From: Amoebidium appalachense
Taxonomy: Eukaryota; Protista; Ichthyosporea
NCBI GenBank assembly: GCA_963693365.1
Contig: CAVNZM010000008.1
Span: forward strand, 5,962,830 to 6,026,829
DNA: 64,000 nt
Direction of reading: 5' to 3'
Positions 29,576 through 41,124 of the stretch are shown here, in pieces. The position numbers and the translations under genes were made by a program. The notes beneath the pieces were generated by a model, which had not been told where the DNA came from, did not search any database, and worked only from the letters and a program-made list of their open reading frames with translations. Numbering within the stretch: position 1 is the stretch's first letter; each line of letters opens with the position of its first letter.

Positions 29576-31517
29576 GGTTCAGGCGTCGGGATGCTGAACG
29601 ACCCTTAGCAACAGCCCCAAGCAGCGCCGTCGAATCAAGGCCCCAAAGGTAGCGGGAGCCCCGGGCAGCCGTAGACCGACCTAATCGACGAAGCCCCAGG
29701 AGCAAGGCTTCTCCCTCCAGAATGTTGATGTGGTCGGAGTGGCGCCAACGATGACTGATGTTGGTGGTCCACCGGCCACCAACAGCTGCCAGGATAGGTG
29801 CCGGGGGGGCGGACGGGCTTGGCTCGTGCACAGGACCAGACAGCTGGCTGTAGTGGCCACGCCGGTTGCAGTGAGGCAGCACTTTGCGGAGAAGCGTTGC
29901 TGGAAGCACCCGGGACACCACTGCACCACCCAACAAGGAAGCATCAGTGCAGAACATGGTGCTAGCAAACCCAGAACGCAAATCACAACGCATCAAAGGG
30001 GCCAAAGCACACATCGCCTGAAGCTCCCACACCACGGGCGGGGGAAGGGGCTGTTCCCGACCCCCCAGCTGCTCCACAAAACTGTAGACGGCACTCAGAA
30101 CCGACAAAAGCGGCCGCTGCAGCAGTGCCGCCCACACCCAACCACCAAGCAACTGCTGCAAACGGAGCTGCGTGACGACACCACGACGCAACACGGCCTG
30201 GGTTTCCGCCACCAGACGGCACAAGGAAGCGCCAGACGGGCGCAATATCCCAGAGCGATGCATTTCCAGGCCTAGCAGCACCATAGAGGACGAGGAACCA
30301 GCAGCCACATCCTTCTTGACATTGGAGGGAAGACCAGCCGGGCCGGTGACGCCATGATACGATTCACGCTGACGATTGATGGCGGTGGCATCTGTGCCGA
30401 CCCAGCCACAGTCGTCCACATACAGGGCATGCTGCGTGGCCTCCACAGGCCGCGGCACTATCGCACAGAGGCGCTCAATGCGGGGCATGCCGGCTCGGTC
30501 AGCCAACTGCCCATGGACGTCTTGAGCCACAAGCACAGAATGCACCCAGCCCATGGGCACGGTCTTGAGGGCCGGGTACACAAGCCGGTCGGGCCCAGAA
30601 ATGCCAACAGCCTCCGAAGACACAGGCGGCAATCCGAAGTACCGCCACAGCCACTCGGGGGCAAGAAGACGATGGAACTGGTTGTCCATGTCCGACTTGC
30701 CAAAATAGAGGCAATCCTCAGGCCCCAGCAACAGATCGGCAAAATCGGCAGGGTTGGGCAGGTGCACCTGGAGGGCAGGATGATCACGGGCAAAGAACAG
30801 GTTGCCACGGCGGCCGTCAAAAATGACGCGGGCTCTGGTGTCTTTGGGGACCCCAAACAGCCCATTGATGGCCAGTGGTTTTTCCTTCGCCTCGAAATAG
30901 TGCACCATGCCGCAGTCTTGAAGCCGAAGAAGCAGGGGACCGTATTCCCCACTGGGAACGTGATGCGCCGGTCGGATGCGGCGCAGCTCTGCAGGCGTCG
31001 GCGGAACAGGCTTGAGAAGGCCGCCGTCGCAGTTGGCCAAAAACGGCTGCAGCGTAGGAGACAAAAACTGCAACACGTCCACTGTGGCTCCAACCCCAGG
31101 GGGTGGCAAAGCGGCATTTGCCGCCGTGAGAGGTAGCCATCCTGTCAATACAGGGTAGGCCGCGGGGAACGCAGCCAAGACACTACTCGCAGGCTGAGCG
31201 TCGTAGACACCCGCGCGTATAGCATCGTAGCTGGCCCTAAGGACAAAGGTCCACAGGGCATGGTGGTGACTGTTCACCAACCGGGTCGGGAATGGGCAAG
31301 GGCCGCCTGCCCACAGCTCGTTGAGGGCACCAAGACAACGGTTAGCCAAGGTAACCCCCTTCAGGCGGTGAGACAGACGTTGCCGACGGCGTTGACTCCG
31401 TAGACGGGCTTGTCCAGAACGGTCCGGCACAGGAATGGCCGGAACAGGGAACAAATCAGAGGCGGCAAAGACATGACGTGGCATAGCTGTGGAATCCTTA
31501 GAAAAATTAGGGGGCAT
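29463..31517 (-). CDS. Reverse transcriptase / RNase H (pol)
   Basis: RT motifs KSDMDNQFHRL, PMGW and YVDD. RNase H motifs CTDAS, HINILE, LDS and NPADGPSR. Confidence 0.93.
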   Translation of the reverse strand: MPPNFSKDSTAMPRHVFAASDLFPVPAIPVPDRSGQARLRSQRRRQRLSHRLKGVTLANRCLGALNELWAGGPCPFPTRLVNSHHHALWTFVLRASYDAIRAGVYDAQPASSVLAAFPAAYPVLTGWLPLTAANAALPPPGVGATVDVLQFLSPTLQPFLANCDGGLLKPVPPTPAELRRIRPAHHVPSGEYGPLLLRLQDCGMVHYFEAKEKPLAINGLFGVPKDTRARVIFDGRRGNLFFARDHPALQVHLPNPADFADLLLGPEDCLYFGKSDMDNQFHRLLAPEWLWRYFGLPPVSSEAVGISGPDRLVYPALKTVPMGWVHSVLVAQDVHGQLADRAGMPRIERLCAIVPRPVEATQHALYVDDCGWVGTDATAINRQRESYHGVTGPAGLPSNVKKDVAAGSSSSMVLLGLEMHRSGILRPSGASLCRLVAETQAVLRRGVVTQLRLQQLLGGWVWAALLQRPLLSVLSAVYSFVEQLGGREQPLPPPVVWELQAMCALAPLMRCDLRSGFASTMFCTDASLLGGAVVSRVLPATLLRKVLPHCNRRGHYSQLSGPVHEPSPSAPPAPILAAVGGRWTTNISHRWRHSDHINILEGEALLLGLRRLGRSTAARGSRYLWGLDSTALLGAVAKGRSASRRLNRVCRQVAAYTLALDIRLYCVWLPSAHNPADGPSRFSG

Positions 31518-31594
31518 ATTTAATCAAGGGCACGTGGCAGGAAGCCACAAGAAAATAATATACAGAACCGCGTGCCGAACCCCCAAAGGGCCGT

Positions 31595-32650
31595 TTAGGC
31601 CCTGTGCCCACCGGTCCCCGGAGGGGTCGATGGACCGGCTCCGGATGGGCCACTGCCGGGACCGCGCCGAGCCCGGGTGACTTCGGCGAGGGTCTTGGCT
31701 TGACGAACAGCCCGGGTGGCCAAGGCAGGGGGCAGGGGCAGGCTGCGCGCAGGGAGCTCCTCAAACTGCTCTGCAACAGCCCAGTCCCCGTTGGACTGAT
31801 CAGCAGTCTGCACAGCCAGCAGACGGCGCACACCAACTTCCACAGCAGGTGACTCCTTGCGGGCCTTAGGGTCGGCGGCCAGCAGCAGATCCAGCATACG
31901 GGCAAGCGTCAGAGCCTCCCGTTTGTTGCGGTAGCTGACCCAATCCGCCGCGTGGACAGCCGCAGTGACCGAGGCCTGGTCAGCCAAGGTGCTCTTGAGG
32001 TAGGAAGGGGCCAGACGTTCCTTGACGCGCAGGTTGACTTTGGCACCGCTGGAGAGCAGATAACGGCTGGGGGTGGGTTTGGAACGGCCAGAGGAACGAC
32101 GGCGGCGAGAGGAACGACCGTAGCCACTGCTGCTGGAATCAGAATCCTCACTCGACGATGGGGTGTCTTCACTGCCGGTGTCGTACGCATAGACAGGCTC
32201 CTTGCCCTTTGCCCGCGCAGACAGCGTGCTCAGCAGGCCGCCGGCAGAGGGCTTCTTGGGGCGACCAGACTGGGCAACAGAGAGGGCTTGCACTTGGGCA
32301 GAAAGCGCCTGCAGCTGCTCTTGGACGTCTACACCGTCAGAACGCCGCTGGGGAGAGGGCGACCCAGGTGGGGGGGAGGCACGGCCGCTGCGAGGAGTGC
32401 GACAGAGCAAGTGCAGCTGGTCGGTGACTTTCCAACCGACCATCTCAGGGTCATCAAAAGCCACCGAGCGCGCCTTGAGGGCTGAAACCACACTGTTGAC
32501 GGTTTCTGCCGGCAGGCTGTTCCAGGGGAGGGCGTTGGACTGCAAAACGGCCAGACTTTTGAGACTTGCGTCGTCCGCATCGGTAGAGATCTCCAAAAGC
32601 TTTTCGAGGAGAGCGGCCCCCTTGGCGACCAGAGCAGATGGAGGGGCCAT
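31595..32650 (-). CDS. Gag-like ORF1 of the retrotransposon
   Basis: Position upstream of pol inside the repeats; Ser-rich middle and RNKREALTLARMLD helical region. Confidence 0.7.
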   Translation of the reverse strand: MAPPSALVAKGAALLEKLLEISTDADDASLKSLAVLQSNALPWNSLPAETVNSVVSALKARSVAFDDPEMVGWKVTDQLHLLCRTPRSGRASPPPGSPSPQRRSDGVDVQEQLQALSAQVQALSVAQSGRPKKPSAGGLLSTLSARAKGKEPVYAYDTGSEDTPSSSEDSDSSSSGYGRSSRRRRSSGRSKPTPSRYLLSSGAKVNLRVKERLAPSYLKSTLADQASVTAAVHAADWVSYRNKREALTLARMLDLLLAADPKARKESPAVEVGVRRLLAVQTADQSNGDWAVAEQFEELPARSLPLPPALATRAVRQAKTLAEVTRARRGPGSGPSGAGPSTPPGTGGHRA

Positions 32651-33419
32651 TGCAATGCTCACAAACCAGACTAGAGCACGAAAACTTGAAAACGAAGACT
32701 GGAAAATGCAAAAACGTGGGAAAACCGACACCGCAAAAAACGTCCGAAAACCAGCTAAAACGCAACGGCGCGCACGCAAAACTCTTACCAGATGCTGCCG
32801 AAGCTAAGCGCGCGCTCTTGGGCAAAAAAAACTAGAGAAAAAACGAACAAGAGCGCGAAAAATGGGGACTAGAGTTGCAAAAACTTAGCTAAAAAATTGG
32901 GCCTAAAGAGACCTAAACGCGCTCAGTAGCGCCGCAACTGACCTCCCTGGGGCCGCGCAAGCTCATTATAGAGCGCGGCCCACATTTTTGCCTATGGAAA
33001 TATGAAGAAATGACTTAGAACCTATCAAATCCATGAAATCTACCAAAATGGAATTTTTGCTGCACATCAACCAATGAAAAATTTTCACAAGTGGCTAAAA
33101 CCCCTAGATCATAAAGACCAAATCGATTGCCGCCCATTTCGGACTAGATATAACTCAAACTCATCAATATATCCATATGGCATATCCCACAGAACATAAA
33201 AACAGCTACAGCTCCCTAAATAAAAATGCTAGCAGCCTGAAACTTTGCACACACATTAAACACACCATGGCCTACAGCATTATACTACCACGAAGTTTAC
33301 AGCACACTCACAACACACAATTTCACTCCAACGGGGCTATCTAATTCTCCTGCAAAGAAAACACGTTTACAAACTTAATATTACATTCACATTTCAGGCT
33401 TACATTTTCCTAGTGATCG

Positions 33420-33940
33420 CTTTGATTGGCTAGCTGCGCACTCACCCATTAACCCGGTTATTCGATTCCTCTAACCCAATAGAAATGTCCATAGCCTGGT
33501 TTTTTCGGTGAGTGCGCTCTAGGCCAATCACGGCAAGACTAACTGAAGTTAAAGGTCGTGTCGTCATCCAATCAGATCACACCCCGACGCTCGGAATATC
33601 GTAACCAACGGTTTGTACGCTTGGTCGTGGGGTTCATGTATTGGGAGGTTGCTAAATGAACTTCAGTTTATTCAGATGAGGCCGCATGGAAACCAGGGAG
33701 GGTGGGTAGAAACCAGCTGGTTTCCCCCCATCCTCCCGGTTTCCATGCGACCTCGACAAATTTTTTAAAAACCCATCGCACTAGACTATTGGCGATGTGT
33801 CCAAACTGACAAACTGACTGTGTTTGCGCTTTATATACCCGCTCGACTGCGTTGAGATTGTCCAATCACAATCGAGAACATGTTAAAAACTGATCCGCAA
33901 ATCACCACGGCGTGTTTCGGAAGCTAGCTTATAAAGGGGC
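33420..33940. promoter_or_regulatory. CCAAT-rich promoter region with TATAAA (33930) ahead of a short ORF 34011-34136
   Basis: Several CCAAT/ATTGG boxes and the AAAACTGATCC motif shared with 11011. Confidence 0.4.
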
Positions 33941-34451
33941 AAAATGGCATTCAGTCTGCATCATAAAAACTACGAGCACTCAAATTCCTTTCTCACACCA
34001 CAACACCACAATGGCTCAGAAGCGCGCCGCCCCAATCGTCCTCTCCGAAGGCGTTACCAACAAAATTCTGAAATCTGCCGACCAAAAGCAGGGCGTTGAC
34101 AAATACAGGAGCAACAAATCGAACCATTACAGTTGACAGTGCAGGAGGTACTTGCCCGGTGACCAATCACACGAATGTTTGCATTCCACAGACAACCAAT
34201 CAAATCGAGAAAAGAACTACCAATCAAACATCAATGAATGCATGCAGGCTGCTACGGATTTTTTCCGGGTGCCACCGTACATAGAAACATCAATATTTAA
34301 GTAAATCAGCCTTTTGAAACCCAGCAGGATAATAAGGAAAATTAAATATACAATACTTCACAAATAATATTTTTAGTGACTATGTAAACAAGAATGGTTC
34401 TGGATTATGCAAATAAATACAGTAGACTAAGCGAGTTCTCGCGTACAAACC

Positions 34452-34588
34452 GAGTCATATTTACCTCGGTCAGCTTGCCTCCATCAGAGTTCACAGGCCT
34501 CGTCGGGTGGCTTCGGTGCGTCGGTCATGAACCCACCCGACTCGGCCTGTGAACTCTGATTTCGGCAGCTGACCTCGGTATATGACTC
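34452..34588. repeat. 137-bp imperfect hairpin / palindromic element
   Basis: Paired arms GAGTCATAT/ATATGACTC, GGTCAGCT/AGCTGACC, ATCAGAGTTCACAGGCC/GGCCTGTGAACTCTGAT and GTCGGGTGG/CCACCCGAC. Confidence 0.85.
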
Positions 34589-34596
34589 TTGATTAA

Positions 34597-35401
34597 AGAT
34601 CAGTCAACCTTTATAATGCTATCTCTTACTAAATGACACATATGAAATGCATACACCAATCAAATGCGACCAAATAATCTGCCGCAATTTGCTATGTGTC
34701 ACGCAGTGACATGCGGCAACTTTAGAGCAGCGCAAAGGAGCGCAACCTGGCTGCCCTTGTACGAAGGGCTCTTTTCAAGTTTTTTTAACCCCCTTGTTCC
34801 ATCACGGGTGGCTGAAGACCGTTGTCGAACATCAGCGGTCCTGCACACTTCAAAATTCTCTTTTAAAAAAAAATAGAAACAAGGGAACATGTGATGCTCG
34901 GGAGCACGAATTGCTAACGATGTTTGTGCAAGACGGCTTAAAGAGAAAAAATCACACACACTCATAAACACGTTACCCTCTAGTTAGTCAGGCTAGCCAT
35001 TTCTCGTAGTTCTGCCCGAAACCTAGTAGATTGCCAAGGGCATGTGTAGTAGCGTGTTGCATGAAAGATAGGTGATGTTTATCCTGTTAGCACGCAAACA
35101 GTTGGGTGCAAGGGTTCTGTCGGCCACAGAGAAGTAGCCTGGCTATAGGGAAATTTTTTTGCTCCCTGTGCCTGTACGTCACACGTGCGAGGTACGCATA
35201 AAGCAGCGCACACGAACGGTACGCAGGTCTAGACACCTGCACCCGTAACCTCTCCCTGCGCGTCCACACATCCACTCTTGAAGCTCGGACTCGGTACCCA
35301 CACACACACTATCACACACGAATATGCACACCGTATCATAACTGTGTGGCATCAACACGTACACACACAGCACGCACACACACGTGTTTACCTGTGTACT
35401 T

Positions 35402-35479
<78 letters not shown>

Positions 35480-36259
35480 CTGCGTCATGTGGGCTCGCAT
35501 GTGTCCCCGTGTGTGTGCGCGACGGGAACACACGCTTGTGTCCATATGTGCAAGTGTATAAGGTAACGAATTCTAAGATGTGTGGCAGTGTGGGAGAGTG
35601 TGAGTGGGTGGGTGTGGTTGTTTGTGTGTGTTGGGGGTTTGGTGCTAGCGGGGGATGGGGGGGGAGGGGGTAGAAAGAGTTACACCCGAAGGACCTGGTA
35701 TGAAGTACAAATTCATGACCGGGGGGAGGGGGGGGGAGGGGGGGGGGGGGGGTGACCAGCATGATGGTCGCCAATCCCCTCAGGGCCGGGGCTCAGTGGG
35801 CTTGTGCACAAGCAAGTGGGTAAGAGTTGCCGTGGGAGAGGTGCGTTGTGGCAAAGCCGATGATCAAAAAGCCGACCGTTTTTCAGTTAGAATGTGTACA
35901 GGTGCACGTGCATGTTAAAGTGCAGGTCTGCAGGCATATTGTGTTTCTGTGTGTGGGTGTGTGTGTTTGTGGTGTGGTGTGGTGTGTATATACGTGGTGG
36001 TTGAGTATTGGTACACATGTCATCATGGTGCACTCGAGTGGCAATTGTGTTGTGTGCCCGGTGTGTTCGTGCGCGTGCATGCACTACATCACAGGGCATA
36101 CACACTACCCATGCCAGTACGGTAAACACTGCCACGAGAAGGAATAATTCGAATTTCTTTGTAGATGGGGGTTTCTGTGTCGAAAGACACAGAACCGAGG
36201 ACCAGAAAGGGAGTTGAAGTAGCTTTATAAGCATTTAGATTTTTTTTTTGTGTGTGTGT

Positions 36260-36294
<35 letters not shown>

Positions 36295-36319
36295 TCTTTT
36301 CTTTTTTTTTTCTTCTTTT

Positions 36320-36360
<41 letters not shown>

Positions 36361-36548
36361 AAGGGAGGATTGGGAGATACGGAAAAGGGAACAAACTCTC
36401 TCACTCACACACACACACACACACACACACCGAGACACCCATTCACCTGGTCGACGAAATCCAACTCAGATACTGCTTCAACACTGCTTCACCACTTGAA
36501 CATGGGAGGAAGGGGCCCGGGGGGGGGGGGGGGGGGGTGGGAAGGGAA

Positions 36549-36586
<38 letters not shown>

Positions 36587-36721
36587 AGAGGGGAGAAAGG
36601 GCAGGAGAGAAGTAGGGAAGAGGTTAAGAGAGACCGTGTGTGCATGGGAGAGAGGTTGTGTGAAGAGAGAGAGGGGGTGAGGGAGAGAAAGGAAGGGAAT
36701 GAAAGGAGGGGGGGGGAGAGA

Positions 36722-36764
<43 letters not shown>

Positions 36765-36905
36765 TGTGTGTGTGTGTGTGCGTGTCATGAGGAGTATAAA
36801 AAAAAAAAGGGAGGGGGGGGGGGGGGGGGGGGGGGGATGAAGGGAGAGAGAAAGAAAGGAGGGAGGAATGAAGGAGGGAGGGAGAGCACGGGGGAGAGAC
36901 GGCAG

Positions 36906-36945
<40 letters not shown>

Positions 36946-37014
36946 GAGAAGGGAGAAAATGAGGGGGAAAAGGCAACCGCGTGTGCATCTCAGAGCTGAG
37001 GGTGCCGAGTGAAT

Positions 37015-37054
<40 letters not shown>

Positions 37055-37736
37055 ACTTATTTCTACAGGGAGGGGAATGGGGGTACGTGATTTAAAAGAG
37101 GGGGAGGGGGGGGAGGGCAAGAAAGCGGCAATCTGTTGAGGGCCCCGGGGAAGGGGGGGGGGGGGGGGGAGGGGGGGGGGGGGGGAGGGAATTATGGGGA
37201 ACGATTTGGAGGGGTGGGGACGGGTTAAAAACTTTAAAGGAGGTATGGATGCACCTATGTCTGCACGGGGGGTAATGGGAGGACGTGATTTAAGGAAGGT
37301 GAGGGGAGGGGGGGGGGGGAGGGAGGGGGAAGAGTGAGAGAGAGAGAGAGAGTGTGTGTGTGTGTGCGTGTGTGTGTGATTTACATTATATATATATACA
37401 TAGAGTGGAGAGGGGAGGTTACGCTGTTTACTCGAGGCACAGAGAGAGACAGAGGAGATGGGGGGGGGGGGGGGGGGGGGGATGGAGGGAGTGGGAGGGA
37501 GAGGGGGGGGGGGGGGGAGGGGAGGGAGTGAGGGAGAGGGGGGGGGGGGGAGGAGGAGGTAAGGAGAGAAGGCGGGGTCCCCGGGGGGGGGGGGGGGGGG
37601 GGGGGGGAGGGAGGGGGGGGTGAAGGGGGGGAGAGAGAGAGAGAGGGAGGGAGGGAGGGAACGGAGGGAGGGAGGGGGGGGGGAGGGGAGGGAGGGGGGG
37701 AGAGAGAGAGAGAGAGAGAGAGAAGGGGAGAGAGAG

Positions 37737-37767
<31 letters not shown>

Positions 37768-37901
37768 AGAGAGAGAGAGAGAACATGCATAGCCTAAAAC
37801 CAAAGTGAGTTCCACGATCTTTGTTCATGGAATTGGGCTGGGAGGATGGAAAAGATGGAAATGGGAAGAAGTGTGTGTGTGTGTGTGTGGGGGGGGGGGT
37901 T

Positions 37902-37978
<77 letters not shown>

Positions 37979-39123
37979 TTCGTGGCTGTAAAATGCTGAT
38001 GCCAGTCGGGCCATGATATAATGGTTACAGAGCAAAAGCACGTGGTTTGCCTATGGAGTTGGAGATTCGAAGGAATTTCTTGACCGATGTGAGTGATCCC
38101 AAGATTTGACAAAAAGAATTGAAAGGAAACAAGGGAAACCCCAAAAGGGTAGATGGGTGGGTGTGGGGGGAGAGGGGGGAGGGGGAGGGTGGGGAATGGG
38201 GGAGGGGCAGGGGGCGGGGGGTGGGGGGTGGGTGGGTGGGGGGGGGGGGGGGGGGGGGGGGGCTGGAGACACCCACCCAGGTAGCTCAACGCAATAGAAG
38301 AAGATTTGTCCAAAGGTGGGAGACTGTAATTACTGAAACGTGTGCAGCAGCGGTTAGGAAGGCAGAAGAAAGAAAGGACGAGGGGGGAGGGGAAGGGGGG
38401 GAGCACAAAAGCTGAAAGATGGGAAACTGTTATTACTTAACCGTGTGCAGTATGTGTTAGGAATAACGAAGAAAGAAAGGGGGGGAAGGGGGGGGGAGCA
38501 AAGCACAAAAGGAGGGGGGGGGGGGGGGGGGAGGGGGGGGGGGGGGGGGGGGGGACACTTACCCTGAATCATTGTGTCAGAACAAGAACCACTTTCATGA
38601 TGCTGAGACCGGGACTGGAATTACAATATTGAGAATGGTAACCGGCCGGCATCTGACTAGGAGGTCGAGCTAGGCTCAGTAGTTTGTAGCATGTGCTGCT
38701 GGTAAGGACACACCTCAGGGCTCTACTCAAATGCTCTACTCGGTACGCTCCAAGTTACCTTCTGAAAGTTGGGTGGCTTTGAACGGATCCCCAGTCCCCA
38801 ACCCGCAAGTTTCTACTATCCTAACACTGCTAGCTGAAATTCATGAGTCCTATCACGCTTCACTCAAATCCACAGGACGACAACTTCAAGTAAGCGCGTA
38901 AGATACGGAAAAGACACAAGTGTAACCTCTACTAAGTTGCCCGTTCTGAGCACAAAAAAAGGGAACCTCAGTGAGCTATTTTTTTTTATGTAGTGACAGG
39001 CACCAGACCTGCGGCAACAACTGCTCACTGCCAGCAGTGCACGATTGGTAGAATCAGCTTGCGCAAGCATGACATAGGGTCTCTGCCACCCAGCACGTTA
39101 GCATTATAAAGGTCGACTGATCT
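34597..39123. mobile_element. 4.5-kb TIR DNA element with TTAA target-site duplication (Kolobok-like AG...CT termini); no transposase recognised
   Basis: 25-bp TIRs AGATCAGTCAACCTTTATAATGCTA (34597-34621) and TAGCATTATAAAGGTCGACTGATCT (39099-39123), one mismatch. TTAA at 34593-34596 and 39124-39127. Confidence 0.75.
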
Positions 39124-39581
39124 TTAACGGGTTGACAAGTCCATGTGACTTGAAGTGACGTAACATTGAGGTTTTGTTTTGTTTTCCTATCCTACGTGCC
39201 GTTATAGTTTTCAGGAATAGATCACCAGATTACTTGCGTTAAGGACGCATTGAAAAGGTAAAACTTTAAGCCTGTAGCCATGTGTTAAGCTTTAAGACCC
39301 GTGCTGTTGTAGAGTACCAAACCCTGGCCCGTTTTTCTTTTCGTAAACAGTTGTTGCCAAACAAAAGAGTGCACCAACTCCCTACGGTTCACTCACTTTT
39401 TGAAGCCAGGCCATCCCTCCTTTGAAGCTTGAACACCGTGGGGGTTTTTTATGCGATAGGAACAGAGTGGCGTTTTTGCGGTAGAAAACCCCAAGGACTC
39501 GCAGATCCTTCTGTGCTTTGAGGGGGATATTTAGGATGACCGACCTACTCATGTTCCAACTACCCAACCACAGGATCTAAA

Positions 39582-41072
39582 ATGGTGCGCAAAGAGGCCA
39601 CGTGCACGGCGCCAGTCAACATCGCCGTTATCAAATACTGTACGTTTCCTCCTAACACTAAAGAAACGCTGCGCGCGCATGCACGCACACACAAACGACA
39701 CAGGCTCACGCGAACGGGAAGCAACTTCCCACGCATGCACACCCACAACACGATTTACAAGCGCTAAAAACTTGATACACATACACGTCCAAACAAACAT
39801 ACGCGCGCACACGCGTGCTTACAAACGCATTCACACACGCACACACACACCCATACACACACACACGTACCATGCACACACACACATACACACACACACA
39901 CTCACGCATGCCCACACACACTCAAGCACGCACACACACACGCACAGAGATTCACCCGCCCGCACACGCAAACACACCTCGAAATGTTTCATCGGAAAAC
40001 GTTTCATTTTGATTTCTTTCTTTACTGAAAACTTACACCCATGTCACCTTTCCGTTCTAGATCTTACCTCCCTCCCGCCTCTGCCCCCCCGCCCCACCCC
40101 ACCCCCCCCCGCCCCTTCCCCTACACCCTGTCCCCCTCCCTCCTCTAGCCCATCCCCCTCATCCCCTCCCCCCTCCCCACACCCTCACCTCCCCCTGAAG
40201 TTCTTTCCCGCCGGCATTCTCCCCTAAACACGGCACTTTTCTACATTGTCCAGCAGCCCCCTCCCCCTCCCCCCGCCCCCCTCTCCCCCCCTCCCCCCCC
40301 GCCCCCCTCAGCCACAAGCCCTTTCCCCTTCCACCCTTACCCAATACCCAACCCCGTCTTCCCCAGCAGCCCCTCCCCCCTCCCCGCCCCCCTCCACGCC
40401 CCCCTCCCCTCCAACTTTTCGCTTTCCCCCGTGACCCAGCCTCTTTCTGTGTTGGTGAAAACATAACACATATGTCCCCCCCCCCCCCCCCCCCCCCCCC
40501 TCCCCTCCCCCACACTCACTCACTCACAGACACACGCAAGGCTAACTCACGTACATTCTCTTTCCCTTTTTTCGCACCCACCCACCTACTCACTAGCTCT
40601 GTCTCCCGACCTAAATCTCCCCTGCTCTCGTTTCCTTGTCCACCCAATCTCCCCCCCCTCCCCCCAAGGCCGCAGCCACCACTACTCACACCCCTTCCCC
40701 CTGTCACACCGTCCCTCCCTGCTACTTACATCCCCCCCCCTCCCCCCCCCCCTCCCCCTTCCACCCTCAAGACAGGGTCTGCTCGTATCTAAAACTGTTT
40801 CGTCGGTTGGTTTTTGCAGACATTCTTTCTGTTTGTGCTCGTTGTGCGTTCTAACCCCTCAATGCCCCCCCCCCCCCCCCCCCCCCCCTCCCACAACGAC
40901 ACACAGACACACATACACACAAACACCCACACACCCACATTCATTCACCCGGGATCCATCACGTTCATACACATGCACGTACACACATCAACAAACATAT
41001 CTTCCTCCCCCCTCCCCTCTCCCCCTTCCCACTCCCCCCCCCACACTCCTCCCCCCGCTCTCCCCAAACACA

Positions 41073-41124
<52 letters not shown>

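Larger units (their letters stand above)
27765..33382 (-). mobile_element. Full-length tyrosine-recombinase (DIRS-order, Ngaro/PAT-like) retrotransposon with split direct repeats A1-gag-pol-YR-B1-A2-B2
   Basis: The A repeat (506 bp) is at 32877-33382 and 27953-28458; the B repeat (97 bp) at 28456-28552 and 27765-27861. The trinucleotide ATT is shared by both ends and the internal B1/A2 junction. No DNA methyltransferase domain is seen. Confidence 0.92.

Noticed and set aside
27953-33382. Reading the 506-bp repeats as LTRs of a Ty3/Copia element
   Set aside because: There are no TG...CA ends or DDE integrase. A tyrosine recombinase and a second split repeat identify a DIRS-order element.
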